A DNA stretch of 64,000 nucleotides from positions 1-64,000 of the forward strand of contig JBFMAF010000004.1 in the NCBI GenBank assembly GCA_040755995.1, given 5' to 3'. The stretch is from Acidobacteriota bacterium (GTDB lineage Bacteria > Acidobacteriota > CAIWXX01). This document shows positions 42,894 to 53,643 of this stretch, piece after piece. A program made the position numbers and the translations under genes. Numbering within the stretch: position 1 is the stretch's first letter; each line of letters starts with the position of its first letter. The notes beneath the pieces are model-generated. The model was given only the letters and a program-made list of their open reading frames with translations, ran no database searches and was not told where the DNA came from.

Positions 42894-44071
42894 GACCGGG
42901 CTATTCGCTTACCGATCTTGGCATGCTCCCGTCTGAGTGGCAAGTTGATGAGCTCGGCTCTCTGGACCCATTCGTGACAAGTGGGTCCCGCGGTTGGGCC
43001 ACGTATTGCGCCGACAGTGGGGCGCCTTTCATTCGAATCACGAATCTGTCGCGCGACTCAATCTACATCGACCTGACCCATTTGAAGCTGGTGGACCTTC
43101 CTCCTGATGACCGAGAGGGCATCCGAACACGACTTGACGCCGGAGATCTGCTCTTCTCGATCACAGCTGACATCGGGATCGTCGGGTACGTTGACAGCCG
43201 CATACCGCGGCCAGCGTACATCAATCAGCATATAGCTCTCGTGCGGTTCGATAGGTCCAAGATCGACACGCAGTTCCTAGCCTACTTTCTGGCCGGCGCG
43301 AATGCGCAGAGGGTGTTCCGCGCGTCGACTGACCAAGGCGCCAAGGCCGGGATGAACCTTGCCGGAGTTCGGAAGATTAGAGCCGCATTCCCACCGCTCC
43401 CCGAACAATGTGCCATCGCGAAGGCGCTCGGGGATGTGGATGCGCTGCTGGGCGGGCTGGAGCGGCTGATCACCAAGAAGCGCGACCTCAAACAGGCTGC
43501 CATGCAGCAGCTCCTCACCGGCCAAACCCGCCTGCCCGGGTTTGGCGGCCAGTGGGAGGTGAGGCAGTTGAGGGACATTTGTCGGATGAAGAGCGGTGAA
43601 GGGATTACTAGCGCTGATATTGATGAGTATTCACCGTTTCCCTGCTATGGTGGCAATGGGCTGCGTGGATACACGAAGCGATTCACTCATGACGGGGACT
43701 ATGCCCTCATCGGGCGACAAGGCGCTTTATGCGGCAACGTGGTTCTCGCTGCGGGGAGCTTCTTCGCTTCCGAGCATGCTGTCGTGGTCACTGCGAACAG
43801 GCAAACGGACATTCACTGGCTATATCGAGTTCTCATCCGCATGAACTTGAACCAGTACACAGAGTCTACGGCCCAGCCCGGGCTATCGGTTGCCAAGTTG
43901 TTACTCCTTGAGTGCCCCGCCCCGTCTTATGAGGAACAAACCGCGATAGGCGCGGTGCTCTCCGACATGGACGCGGAGCTGGCGGCGCTGGAAGCGCGAC
44001 GTGACAAGACCCGGGCGCTCAAGCAGGCCATGATGCAGGAACTGCTCACCGGCAGGACGCGGCTCATATGA
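42884..44071 (+). CDS. hsdS: Type I R-M specificity subunit
   Basis: Two TRDs with PPLPEQCAIA and PSYEEQTAIG spacers, ending KQAMMQELLTG. Confidence 0.92.
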   Translation: MEVRPGYSLTDLGMLPSEWQVDELGSLDPFVTSGSRGWATYCADSGAPFIRITNLSRDSIYIDLTHLKLVDLPPDDREGIRTRLDAGDLLFSITADIGIVGYVDSRIPRPAYINQHIALVRFDRSKIDTQFLAYFLAGANAQRVFRASTDQGAKAGMNLAGVRKIRAAFPPLPEQCAIAKALGDVDALLGGLERLITKKRDLKQAAMQQLLTGQTRLPGFGGQWEVRQLRDICRMKSGEGITSADIDEYSPFPCYGGNGLRGYTKRFTHDGDYALIGRQGALCGNVVLAAGSFFASEHAVVVTANRQTDIHWLYRVLIRMNLNQYTESTAQPGLSVAKLLLLECPAPSYEEQTAIGAVLSDMDAELAALEARRDKTRALKQAMMQELLTGRTRLI

Positions 44072-45486
44072 GAGAAGCTCACAACGTCGAATGGAAGGAG
44101 TCGTGGCGCGACGAGTATCTCCGCTGGATCTGCGGCTTCGCCAACGCCGAGGGCGGCGTGCTACACATCGGGCGGAACGAGAAGGGCGAAGTGGTCGGCC
44201 TGTCCCATGCGGCGAAGCTTCTGCAGGACATCCCGAACAAGGTGCGCGACATCCTCGGCATCCTCGTGAAGGTAAACCTGCGCACGCAGCGGGGCAAGGA
44301 GTGGCTGGAGATCGTCGTGGAGCCCTATCCCTACCCGGTGAGCTACAAGGGCGAGTACCACTTGCGCAGCGGGAGCACGAAGCAGGAGTTGAAGGGCGCG
44401 GCCCTGGACCGATTCCTGTTGCGCAAGCAGGGGCGCACCTGGGATGGAGTGCCGGTGCCCGGTGTGTCTCCCCGCGACTTGTCCAAGGAACCGATGGCGA
44501 CATTTCGCAAGTTGGCGAAGGATAGCCGCCGGCTGGACACCACGGCGTTGCGCGAGCCCGCCGCCGGGCTGCTCGACAAGCTCAACCTCTTCGATGGCGA
44601 TCGCCTCAAGCGCGCGGCGCTGTTGCTGTTTCATCCCGACCCCGAGCGTTTCGTCACCGGAGCGTTCGTGAAAATCGGCTATTTTCGTACCGAATCGGAG
44701 CTGCTCTACCACGACGAAGTGCATGGCGACCTGTTCACCCAGGCGCAGCAGACGATGGACCGATTGCTTACCAAGTATCTCAAGGCGGCGATCAGCTACC
44801 GGGGCATCCAGCGGGTGGAAGCGCTGCCTGTGCCGGAGGCGGCGCTGCGGGAGGCCCTGCTCAACGCAATCATCCACAAGGACTACGCCAGCGGATCGCC
44901 GATACAGATCCGGGTTTACGCAGACAAGCTGAAGATCTGGAACGCTGGAGAGCTGCCGGGCAACTGGACGGTCGAAGACTTGCGCAAGCACCACCCGTCA
45001 CGTCCGTTCAATCCATCCGTGGCCAACGCTTTCTTTCGTTCGGGGCAGATCGAAGCGTGGGGGCGAGGCTTCCAGCTTATCTTCGATGCCTGCCGGGAAG
45101 AGGGGGTGCCCGAGCCCGCGATCGGCTACCAGCCCGGTGACGTGTGGATTGAGTTCCCCTTCCGGGCCGCCTATCTGGCGGTGATCCCCACGGAGACCAC
45201 CGAAGTCGCCACCGAAGTCACCACCGAAGTCACCACCGAAGTCGCCGCCGCGAGGCGCCTCCTGGCCGCCCTGCGCGGAGAGATGAGTCGGCAAGCGCTG
45301 CAGGCCGCGCTGGGGCTGGCGAACGACACGCACTTCCGCAAAGCCTACCTGCAGCCTGCGCTGGCCGCGGGCTTGATTGAAATGACAATCCCCGAGAAGC
45401 CTACGAGCCGGATGCAGCGATACCGCCTGACGAAGAAGGGAAGCGCTGCACTGAAGGGCGGCGCCCAGAGTGGAGGCGAAATGTGA
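44068..45486 (+). CDS. AlbA_2 (Schlafen-like) + RecG-C/HATPase_c_4 + wHTH protein
   Basis: EAHNVEWKESW...GFANAEGG, ALREALLNAIIHKDY, IEAWGRG, PEKPTSRMQRY. Confidence 0.85.
   Translation: MREAHNVEWKESWRDEYLRWICGFANAEGGVLHIGRNEKGEVVGLSHAAKLLQDIPNKVRDILGILVKVNLRTQRGKEWLEIVVEPYPYPVSYKGEYHLRSGSTKQELKGAALDRFLLRKQGRTWDGVPVPGVSPRDLSKEPMATFRKLAKDSRRLDTTALREPAAGLLDKLNLFDGDRLKRAALLLFHPDPERFVTGAFVKIGYFRTESELLYHDEVHGDLFTQAQQTMDRLLTKYLKAAISYRGIQRVEALPVPEAALREALLNAIIHKDYASGSPIQIRVYADKLKIWNAGELPGNWTVEDLRKHHPSRPFNPSVANAFFRSGQIEAWGRGFQLIFDACREEGVPEPAIGYQPGDVWIEFPFRAAYLAVIPTETTEVATEVTTEVTTEVAAARRLLAALRGEMSRQALQAALGLANDTHFRKAYLQPALAAGLIEMTIPEKPTSRMQRYRLTKKGSAALKGGAQSGGEM
45196..45243 (+). repeat. 12-bp in-frame repeat x4 (T/A-TEV linker)
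   Basis: [a/g]ccaccgaagtc x4. Confidence 0.8.
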
Positions 45487-48400
45487 GTGCCATCGGCAAG
45501 CCCGAACGTGTCACGCAAGACCGCGTTATTGCGCTCTTTCGCAAGAACCTCGGCTACCGCTACCTTGGCAACCGGACTGACAGCGAGAACCGCCATATCG
45601 ACGAAGACCTGCTCGCGGATTGGTTGAAGGGTCGCGGCCTTTCCCCGGAACGGATCAGCCGCGCGCTGGACATCTTCAGTCGCGAGGCCAACAACCCCGC
45701 TCGCAGCCTCTACGACAACAACCAGGCCGTCTACAGCCTGCTGCGCTACGGCGTTCCGGTGAAGACAGCAGCCGACGAGAACACCGAAACCGTCTGGCTC
45801 ATCGACTGGCGCAACCCGGAGGCCAATGATTTAGCGCTGGCCGAGGAAGTGACCCTGAAGGGCACGCACGAGAGGCGGCCGGACCTGGTCCTTTACGTCA
45901 ACGGTCTTGCCGTCGGTGTGATCGAATTGAAGCGCAGCGCCGTGAGCATCGGCGACGGCATCCGCCAGCTCATTTCGAATCAGTCGCCGGAGTTCAACGC
46001 ATGGTTCTTCAGCACCGTGCAAATCGTCTTCGCCGGCAACGACAGCGAAGGGCTGCGCTACGGGGCCATCGGCACGCCGGAGAAGATGTTCCTCGCCTGG
46101 AAAGAAGACGAGGCCGACAACGCCGGCTACAAGCTCGACAAGTACCTTCTGAAGCTCTGCAACAAGTCGCGCCTGATCGAGCTGATGCGGGACTTCGTGC
46201 TTTTCGACGGCGGCGTGAAGAAGCTGCCGCGCGTGCATCAGTATTTCGGTGTCAAGGCCGCGCAGCGCCACGCGCGCGAGTACAAAGGCGGGATCATCTG
46301 GCACACCCAGGGCAGCGGCAAGAGCATCGTCATGGTGCTGCTCGCCAAGTGGATTCTCGAGAATCTCCCGAAAGCGCGCGTGCTGATCGTCACCGACCGC
46401 GAGGAGCTCGACAAGCAGATCGAGCGAGTTTTCCAGGGAGGGGGCGAAGCCATCTACCGTACCCGGAGCGGGGCGGACCTCATGGCGCAGCTCGGTCAGG
46501 CAAAGCCGCGCCTGCTCTGTTCCCTCGTGCACAAGTTCGGCCGGAGAGGGGTGGAGAACTTCGATGCGTTCATCGAGGAGCTGAAGCAGAAGCCCAGTCC
46601 CGCCGTTGGCGAGCTATTCATTTTCGTGGACGAGTGCCATCGCACGCAGAGCGGCAAGTTGCACAAGACGATGAAGGCGCTGCTACCAGGAGCGGTGTTC
46701 ATCGGCTTCACCGGCACGCCGCTGCTGAAGGCCGACCGGCAGACCAGCCTGGAGGTTTTCGGCGGCTACATCCACACGTACAAGTTCGGGGAGGCGGTGG
46801 AGGACGGCGTCGTGCTTGATCTCGTCTACGAGGCCCGTGACATCCCGCAGGAGCTCGGTTCCCAGGACAAGGTCGACCAGTGGTTTGACGTGAAGACCAA
46901 AGGACTGAATGACTGGCAGAAGGCGGTCTTGCGCGAACAGTGGGGCACGATGCAGAAGGTGCTGAGCTCACGCTCGCGCATGGAACGCGTGGTCGAGGAC
47001 ATCGTCTTCGACTTCAGCGTCAAGCCCCGACTGGCGAGCCAGCGGGGCAACGCGATGCTCGTGGCCTCCAGCATCTACGAAGCATGCCGCTACTTCGAGC
47101 TGTTCGAGAAGACCGCATTCAAGGGCCGTTGCGCCGTCATCACGTCCTACGATCCGAAAGCACAGGACGTGACCAAAGAGGACACCGGCGCGAATACTGA
47201 GACCGAGAAACAGTTCCTCTACAATGCGTACACTGCCCTGCTGAAGGACGTCGTGCCGAAGCCCGGCAAGACAAAGACTGAGACCTACGAGGACGAGGCG
47301 AAGGAGAAGTTCGTCAAGCAGCCGGCCAGCATGCAGCTGCTCATCGTGGTGGACAAACTGCTCACCGGTTTCGACGCGCCGAGCTGCACCTATCTCTACA
47401 TCGACAAGTCCATGCAGGACCATGGCCTGTTCCAGTCCATCTGCCGCACCAACCGGCTCGACGGGGAAGACAAGCCCTTCGGTTACATCGTGGACTACAA
47501 GGACCTCTTCAAAAAGGTGCAGGGTGCGATGGCCGTATACACGTCCGAGCTCGACACGGCCGACGGCGGCGTGAGCCCGGAGATCCTGCTGGGGGACCGG
47601 CTGGCCAAGGGCCGCGAGCGGCTGGAGGAGGCGCGCGAGGCTCTCGCGTTGCTGTGCGAACAGGTGCAGCCTCCGAAGAGTGACCTGGAGCAGATCCACT
47701 ATTTCTGCGGCAATACCGAGATCACAGACGATCTGGCGCAACACGAACCGCAACGAGTCGCGCTCTACAAGGGTGTGGCGTCGCTGGTGCGCGCCTATGC
47801 GTCCATCGCCGACAACCTCCCGGAAGCAGGCTACTCGGTAGTCGAGGCCAGAGCCATCGAGAAGGAGCTTGCGCGCGCTGTCGAGCTACGCGAGGCGATA
47901 CGCAGGGCGAGCGGCGAAACGCTCGACCTGAAGCCATACGAAGCCGACATGCGTCACCTGATCGACACCTACATCAAAGCGGAAGAGGCGCGCAAGATAT
48001 CGGACTTCGGTGAGATGGGCTTGCTCGATCTGATCGTGAAGAGCGGCATCGCCGAAGCGATCAACAGCCTCCCCAAGGGCATCAGGGGCGACCGGGACGC
48101 GGTTGCCGAGACGATTGGCAACAACGTGCGCAGCAAGATCATCCGCGAACATCTTCACGATCCGGCCTTCTACGACAAGATGTCCAGGCTGCTCGCCGAG
48201 GTGCTGGCCGACCTGAAGGCACGGCGCATCGACTACGAGGAATTCCTGAAGCGCGTGGCCGCGCTGGCCGCGCAGGTCCATGCCGGCAGGGCGGCCGACA
48301 CACCGGAGGCACTGAGGCGGAGCCGGGGGCTTCGAGCCATCTACAACCTGCTGGAATCTCCACCATCGAATCGAGCCGGTGAGGGCGAGCCGGCCTACGA

Positions 48401-48593
48401 GGGCATAGCGTCAACCAAGAGGCTGGATCTCGCGCAAAGCATCGATACGAAACTTCGTGGAAGTGCCCCTGATGGATGGCGCGGCGTGCTGGCCAAGGAG
48501 CAGGTGGTGAAGCACCTCATCTACGATGTGGTGCAGGACATTGCACTGGTCGAGCAGCTATTCCCAGTGATCAAGGCGCAAGCGGAATACTGA
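45483..48593 (+). CDS. hsdR: Type I restriction endonuclease subunit R
   Basis: RPDLVLYVNG...IELK, WHTQGSGKS, DECHR, FTGTP, LLTGFDAP. Confidence 0.94.
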   Translation: MSAIGKPERVTQDRVIALFRKNLGYRYLGNRTDSENRHIDEDLLADWLKGRGLSPERISRALDIFSREANNPARSLYDNNQAVYSLLRYGVPVKTAADENTETVWLIDWRNPEANDLALAEEVTLKGTHERRPDLVLYVNGLAVGVIELKRSAVSIGDGIRQLISNQSPEFNAWFFSTVQIVFAGNDSEGLRYGAIGTPEKMFLAWKEDEADNAGYKLDKYLLKLCNKSRLIELMRDFVLFDGGVKKLPRVHQYFGVKAAQRHAREYKGGIIWHTQGSGKSIVMVLLAKWILENLPKARVLIVTDREELDKQIERVFQGGGEAIYRTRSGADLMAQLGQAKPRLLCSLVHKFGRRGVENFDAFIEELKQKPSPAVGELFIFVDECHRTQSGKLHKTMKALLPGAVFIGFTGTPLLKADRQTSLEVFGGYIHTYKFGEAVEDGVVLDLVYEARDIPQELGSQDKVDQWFDVKTKGLNDWQKAVLREQWGTMQKVLSSRSRMERVVEDIVFDFSVKPRLASQRGNAMLVASSIYEACRYFELFEKTAFKGRCAVITSYDPKAQDVTKEDTGANTETEKQFLYNAYTALLKDVVPKPGKTKTETYEDEAKEKFVKQPASMQLLIVVDKLLTGFDAPSCTYLYIDKSMQDHGLFQSICRTNRLDGEDKPFGYIVDYKDLFKKVQGAMAVYTSELDTADGGVSPEILLGDRLAKGRERLEEAREALALLCEQVQPPKSDLEQIHYFCGNTEITDDLAQHEPQRVALYKGVASLVRAYASIADNLPEAGYSVVEARAIEKELARAVELREAIRRASGETLDLKPYEADMRHLIDTYIKAEEARKISDFGEMGLLDLIVKSGIAEAINSLPKGIRGDRDAVAETIGNNVRSKIIREHLHDPAFYDKMSRLLAEVLADLKARRIDYEEFLKRVAALAAQVHAGRAADTPEALRRSRGLRAIYNLLESPPSNRAGEGEPAYEGIASTKRLDLAQSIDTKLRGSAPDGWRGVLAKEQVVKHLIYDVVQDIALVEQLFPVIKAQAEY

Positions 48594-48604
48594 CGGGTGT
48601 TGCG

Positions 48605-49309
48605 GTGCAGTTGGGCGAGATCCGCATCGAGGTGCGGCGCAAGGACATCAGAAATGTCCACCTGAGCGTCCATCCCCCGTCCGGGCGGGTACGCATCGCT
48701 GCGCCGCGGCACCTGAGCGACGACGCCATCCGGTCTTTCGCTATCGGCAGGCTCGGATGGATTCGGAAACAACAGAAGAAACTGCAGGAGCAGGAACGTG
48801 AGACGCAGCGCGAGTACCTCGATCGCGAGACTCACTACGTGTGGGGCCGCCGCTGCTTGCTCAGGGTCGTCGAAAGGCAAGCGCCTCCGTCGGTCGAGTG
48901 GCGGGCCCACCGGTTGACGCTCTGCCTGCGACCGGGCACTGGGACCGCCCGACGCGCTGGGTTACTGGAGGCGTGGTACCGTGCACAAGTCAGGAAAGCC
49001 GCAGCGCCGATCGTCGCCAAGTGGGAAGGTCTCATGGGTGTCACCGTGAGCAGGGTCTTCGTTCGGCGGATGAAGACCAAATGGGGGAGCTGCAATCACT
49101 CCGCTGGCAACATCCGCCTGAACACCGACCTCGCCAAGAAGCCGCGGCAGTGCCTCGAGTACCTTGTCGTCCACGAGCTGGCGCATCTGCTGGAACGGAC
49201 GCACAACGTGCGCTTCCTGGCGCTGATGGACCGGTTTCTTCCCTCGTGGAGATCCGTCCGCCTGGATCTCAACCGCCTGCCCGTTCGGCACGAGAACTGG
49301 GAATACTGA
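48605..49309 (+). CDS. M48/YgjP (SprT-like) metallopeptidase associated with type I R-M
   Basis: MKTKWGSC, YLVVHELAHL..H...F; start uncertain. Confidence 0.85.
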   Translation: MQLGEIRIEVRRKDIRNVHLSVHPPSGRVRIAAPRHLSDDAIRSFAIGRLGWIRKQQKKLQEQERETQREYLDRETHYVWGRRCLLRVVERQAPPSVEWRAHRLTLCLRPGTGTARRAGLLEAWYRAQVRKAAAPIVAKWEGLMGVTVSRVFVRRMKTKWGSCNHSAGNIRLNTDLAKKPRQCLEYLVVHELAHLLERTHNVRFLALMDRFLPSWRSVRLDLNRLPVRHENWEY

Positions 49310-49349
49310 CCCACTGCAGCGAAGCGCCCGAAGCTCGGTACTCGGGAGA

Positions 49350-50051
49350 TCACCTGCGCCCGGCAAAGAGCTCCGGCTTCATCGTGCGCAGCGATGTGTA
49401 GCACGAGCTCCCGAGCACGATGTGGTCCAGGAAGCGCAGGCCGGCGGCGGTGAGCGCGCATGCCACGGCGGCCGTCAGGGCTTCGTCCGCCCCAGAGGGC
49501 GCCGGATCGCCAGATGGGTGGTTGTGTGCGATCAGGACGGCCGAGGCGCGCACGGCCAGAGCGCGTTCGAGGATCTTGCGCGGGCGGAGCATAGCCTCGT
49601 CCGGGGTCCCACCCGCGATCACCTCGTGCGCGAGCACGCCGTTCTTCGCATCGAGAAAGAGCAGGTGCACCTGTTCCTCGCGGTCCTCGACCAGGAACTG
49701 TCCAAGGTAGCTTGCAGCGTCTTCAGCCGATGCAATGCGCAGGCGCGTGCAGCGCCGTTCGGGTCGTGATGCCTCGGACCGCAGAGCCGATGCCAGGCGG
49801 AGCAGCACGAGCGCTGACGGGCCCAGACCCGGAACCTGGAGCAGAACTTCGTCCGGTGCGCCGAGGACGCCTGACATGCTCCCGCACTCGGCAAGCAATC
49901 GCTTGGCCAAGGGCTTCACGTCGCGCCTGGGAATAGCATATGTGAGCAGCAGCTCGATCAGCTCATGGTCGGAGAACGCACCTGCCCCGCAGCTCAGAAA
50001 TCGCTTGCGAAGGCGATCCCTGTGGCCTGATGTATCTACAGCGTCTTTCAT
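49350..50051 (-). CDS. radC: RadC-like JAB domain protein
   Basis: GHRDRLR.RF, ELLLTYAIPRRDVKPLAK, AHNHPSGDPAPSGAD, LDHIV. Confidence 0.9.
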   Translation of the reverse strand: MKDAVDTSGHRDRLRKRFLSCGAGAFSDHELIELLLTYAIPRRDVKPLAKRLLAECGSMSGVLGAPDEVLLQVPGLGPSALVLLRLASALRSEASRPERRCTRLRIASAEDAASYLGQFLVEDREEQVHLLFLDAKNGVLAHEVIAGGTPDEAMLRPRKILERALAVRASAVLIAHNHPSGDPAPSGADEALTAAVACALTAAGLRFLDHIVLGSSCYTSLRTMKPELFAGRR

Positions 50052-50174
50052 GTTCCTACCGGCTCTGTTGGGCGGGAGACATTGTAGCACCGATACCATG
50101 CAGGAGCGCGACCTCCCGCAGGGGGGCTCGCGTCAGCTCCGCCTGATCAACATTCCCATCAGATGGCACCGCGC

Positions 50175-50305
50175 GGGGGCGGAATGATGTTCCATCGTGT
50201 TCGATCCGCTCCATCGAGGCCAGCAGCATTATCGGTTTGTGTGGTGCCTTGAGCCCTTGCATCCGCCCTACGCCCGGCGCGCGCCTGATTGATGCCAGTC
50301 TCTCG
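50175..50305 (-). pseudogene. Shard of an SBD/HNH-type endonuclease N-terminus
   Basis: RLASIRRA...KAPHKPIMLLA resembles the APHKPxLLL motif; no further homology. Confidence 0.45.
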
Positions 50306-51884
50306 CAGGTCCTGGTACGTGTCCGACACGGCGGTCGTGTAGGGGTCGACTCCGGTGTGGCCGGCGTAAAGGCGAGCGAAGAGCGAGCCCGCGGCGCTCG
50401 ACATCGTCACGCTGACGCGCGGCTGCAAGATCCCGTAGCCTTCGGTCACGCGGTCGCGGTGCGGGTCGAAGTGAGGGCGGTTCAACGGGTGGGCGATAAT
50501 CCCGATCAGCTTCTTCGCGGCGTCGCGCGGCAGGCGCGTGTCGGAGTCGAGGGTGATACAGTAGCGCACGCTGGGGAGGATCGCCGGATCGCCGACCTGT
50601 ATCTGGTAGCTCGTGTCCGCGGCCCCTCGCAACAGGCGATTGAACTCCTCGATCTTCCCGCGCTTGCGCTCCCAGCCCATCCACACGCTCTCCATTGCGT
50701 TCCACTGTCGCACGCGATGGAAGAGATAGAACCGGTCCGATCGCCCTTCGCCGAACCGGACATTCAGGGCATCAATGCCGGCCTTGGCAGCGGAAAGGAT
50801 CGCGTCGTCTTGCGGCATCTCGCGAGCGGGAGCGTCGGCGAAGTCGCCAAGGATCGCGAAGTGGATGCGCGAATCGAGGTTCCCGAGAGCCAGGACCTCG
50901 ACGTGCTCGATCAGCTTGTTCACTTCGGCAACACTCGTCAGCAGCGTGGGCACGACGACCATGGTCCGTGCGTTCTCGGGGATTCCCGCCCGGAGCTCGA
51001 TGCGCGGGAGGCGCCGCGGCGGTGCCAGACGAACGACCAGGCGCTGGACAAAGGCGATGGCCACCTCGCTCGATGGCAGCAGCAGGAGCAACGCCACACC
51101 TATCTGTGCCCAAACTGATCCGCCCTGGTAGCGGGCGTAGGCGAGCCCGAGGCCGAGCAGAAAGGCTGTCACGAATGAGATCGATCCAAGGTAGGCGCAA
51201 GTGGCATGCGCGAAGACGAAGCGGCGGGCCCGTTTGGCGAGGCGGGGACGATAGGCGAGGTCGGTCTCGAGGTCGCGACGGCCTTTGCCGATGAGATGCC
51301 AGCCGACGTGCGCGGCACGCTCGGCAGTCGAGCCGCTTTCTGCTGCAAGGCGTGCGCTCTCGACCGCCCGCAGGGCCACGCGCAATTGCGCCTCGCCGGT
51401 GGGCTCGGCGAGCTCCTCCACGGCTTGCCGGTAGCGGTCCCGGCTCAGAAAGTCCATGTTGCTGTACGCACCGGCCGGGTCGCGTTGGAGCACCCGCTCG
51501 ACCGGGCTCACGTCTTCGAAGTACTGGCTCCAGTCGAGAGTGGAGCATAGCCGGAGGCTGGTGATGACGTTGGCCACCGAGACCTGGGCTGCGGCCTGCC
51601 GCTGGTGCTCGCTCCGGATCGCGTCCTCCGAGGTCATGTTCTGGGCGGCCAGGTGCTCGTCGACGGCCAGGCGGACAGCCGAAAGGCGCGGGCCGTACTC
51701 GCGCATGAGTTGGAGGAGCTGCACGACGTAGGCCGTGTGGAGGACCGGCGGCAACGGCCGCGGCGCCTTGCGCGGGCCATTGTCGATCTGCGCGACATAG
51801 GCGTCGGCGGCCCGGCGAGCCTCGTGGGATTCGAGCATCTCCTCCGCCAGCCGCCGCAGATTCTCGATCAGCGCCAGCTTCAGC
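50306..51884 (-). pseudogene. cgs fragment F5, colinear with 34653-36231
   Basis: Same 15653-bp offset at both ends; ends at DTYQDL. Confidence 0.93.
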
Positions 51885-52035
51885 CCTGGCCGGCGATGAG
51901 GGCGCATCTGCTGCGTCGCCCGCGTCGCTGCGGTGCTCACGTACAAGGGCGTACGCTGCGCTCCTCGCTCCTTGGCTCCTTGCAACTGCACCCTTCTCGC
52001 CGGCCAGGGTGCGTTGTTGCGGGATTAAGGTTCAG
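51885..52035. mobile_element. REP/MITE-like palindromic insertion (net 153 bp) splitting F5 and F6
   Basis: 13-bp perfect IR CCCTGGCCGGCGA (51884-51896) / TCGCCGGCCAGGG (51997-52009); absent from intact cgs; GC on both sides. Confidence 0.65.
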
Positions 52036-52571
52036 GCATGCTCGGCCATGCCCACAGCTCGCCGATCGTCAGCGGGGCCACTGTCTGGTAGCTGTTCATG
52101 AAGCGCAGGAGCTGTTGCCGGTCCAGGCGGCTGTCGCTGTGGCGAATGAGCTCGACGGCCATGGCGTAGACACGGGCGTGGCCCGCCAGCTCGCGCAGGG
52201 CGAGCTTGGGCAGCTCACGGTAGTAGCCGCGCGGGAGATTGTGGCGGATATCCCGGATCTCCGAGGCCACGAGGTGGAAGTTGTCGAGGAGCCACTCGGC
52301 CGCCGGCGGAACGAACTCCCCCTTGTGCACATCGTCTGCCATGGTGCGGTAGGCTTCGCGCAGGAGGCGAGCGTTGTCGTCGAATCGCGGGAAGACATTC
52401 CGCGCCATGCGCCGCGGATTCGGGTGGACCGTGAATCGTGCCGCGAGGGCCTTGGCCCTCTCTTCCAGCCGCTCGATGCTCAGCAGCTCGTCGCGCAGGG
52501 GCTTCTCGGCCCTCGGCGGCTGACGGCCTCCGAGCAGACTGAATAGCGCCTTGAACGTCTCAACCACGGCT
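52036..52571 (-). pseudogene. cgs fragment F6 (5' end), colinear with 36230-36762 with one extra codon
   Basis: VVETFKAL...ELWAWPSM. Confidence 0.92.
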
Positions 52572-52919
52572 ACGCCTGCTCACCGGCCGTACACGTTGAG
52601 CGGCTATTCTTGGGTCCCGGGTCTGGCACTAGGCACATCCTACTCTTGGCGCTGCCTGCGGGCTCATGTCGTAGAGTAAGGGATACCTGCACAGAGCAGC
52701 TGGCCTATTCCTAATCCTATACTACTTTGGCTGACTCTGTGAACGATGTCGCATCGCGTGGGACCCGGAGCCTCCTGGATGTCCAGCTGCTTCATTACAC
52801 TTTCTGAATCGGGGGGGCCGGGGCGTGAGAAGCCGGCGGGCACTTCTTGCGGAAAGAAACGCTGCGTGTCTTGTTGGTGTGGATGGGCTGAGTCGATATG
52901 GCCTCCTTGCCTGGCAGGT

Positions 52920-53170
52920 TGATTTTCCTCAAGGATGCGGTACATCGTGCGGATCGAGCAGAAGTAGCTACCCTCATCGAGCGGCCTGGCGTAGGCCTCG
53001 GCCGGAGCCTTGTGCACGAAGCGCTCCGAATGCAGGGCATCGAGGACCTGGTGTCTCTCAGCAGGAGTGAGCGCGCGCTCCGGGATCGGGCGTGGTGTTG
53101 GTACAGGCTGGGTCCGACGGCGACGGTAAGCCGTGGCTCGCGCCACGCTCAGGCCGGCGCCGATGCAATG
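52920..53170 (-). mobile_element. IS3-family transposase OrfB N-terminal shard
   Basis: RALTPAER..VLDALHSERF...PAE.YA..LDEG.YFCSIRTMYRIL; no DDE domain. Confidence 0.7.
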
Positions 53171-53338
53171 GCGGGAGGTTCGCTCACTCGGCGATACGCC
53201 ATGGTGACGGCCGAGGGACTTCGCGCCAATCGCCGTCCGATCTCGACACAGGATTGAGCTGCAGGTCCCTCGTCCCAAGCGAATACCTTCCGAGCCATGA
53301 CAACTCGTGACGAGAAGAGAAGACAGGCTGAGCGGAAT

Positions 53339-53608
53339 TCAACGACGCGAGAACGCTACCCCAGGAACCTGGATCTGCCGTATTGGGGGACGCATGTCGT
53401 AAGGGAAATCCTCTTGCGCCGGGATCCACGACGGGAGGGACGGAAGTAGGAATTGCTGGCCTACATCCTCAACCCGAACGGTCCCCCGCTGGACGTTTCC
53501 AATCCGGAACGACTGGCATTTCTCCTCTGATGTTCTCGCGAATTCGTAAGGAGACAGCCCGTGAACGTCCATCCACTCAGAGTTTCCAAGCGGCCCCATC
53601 TGCCTCAT
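53339..53608 (-). CDS. Possible small hypothetical protein downstream of the SDH protease
   Basis: ATG with AAGGGA upstream; no motif. Confidence 0.3.
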   Translation of the reverse strand: MRQMGPLGNSEWMDVHGLSPYEFARTSEEKCQSFRIGNVQRGTVRVEDVGQQFLLPSLPSWIPAQEDFPYDMRPPIRQIQVPGVAFSRR

Positions 53609-53643
53609 AGCGTGTCCCTTGCGGCTAAAACGTAGCACACCAC

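Noticed and set aside
50159..51991. 610-aa ORF as a functional short Cgs
   Set aside because: It starts inside the palindromic insertion and ends before the GT84 catalytic motifs (SHD, RWxRGDW).
21756..52571. cgs fragments as simple collapsed or duplicated assembly repeats
   Set aside because: The copies differ by many substitutions, a codon indel and an insertion. A strain-chimeric assembly remains possible.
52706..52722. Second oriIS-like motif (TTCCTAATCCTATAC)
   Set aside because: No transposase tail or hairpins nearby; too weak.
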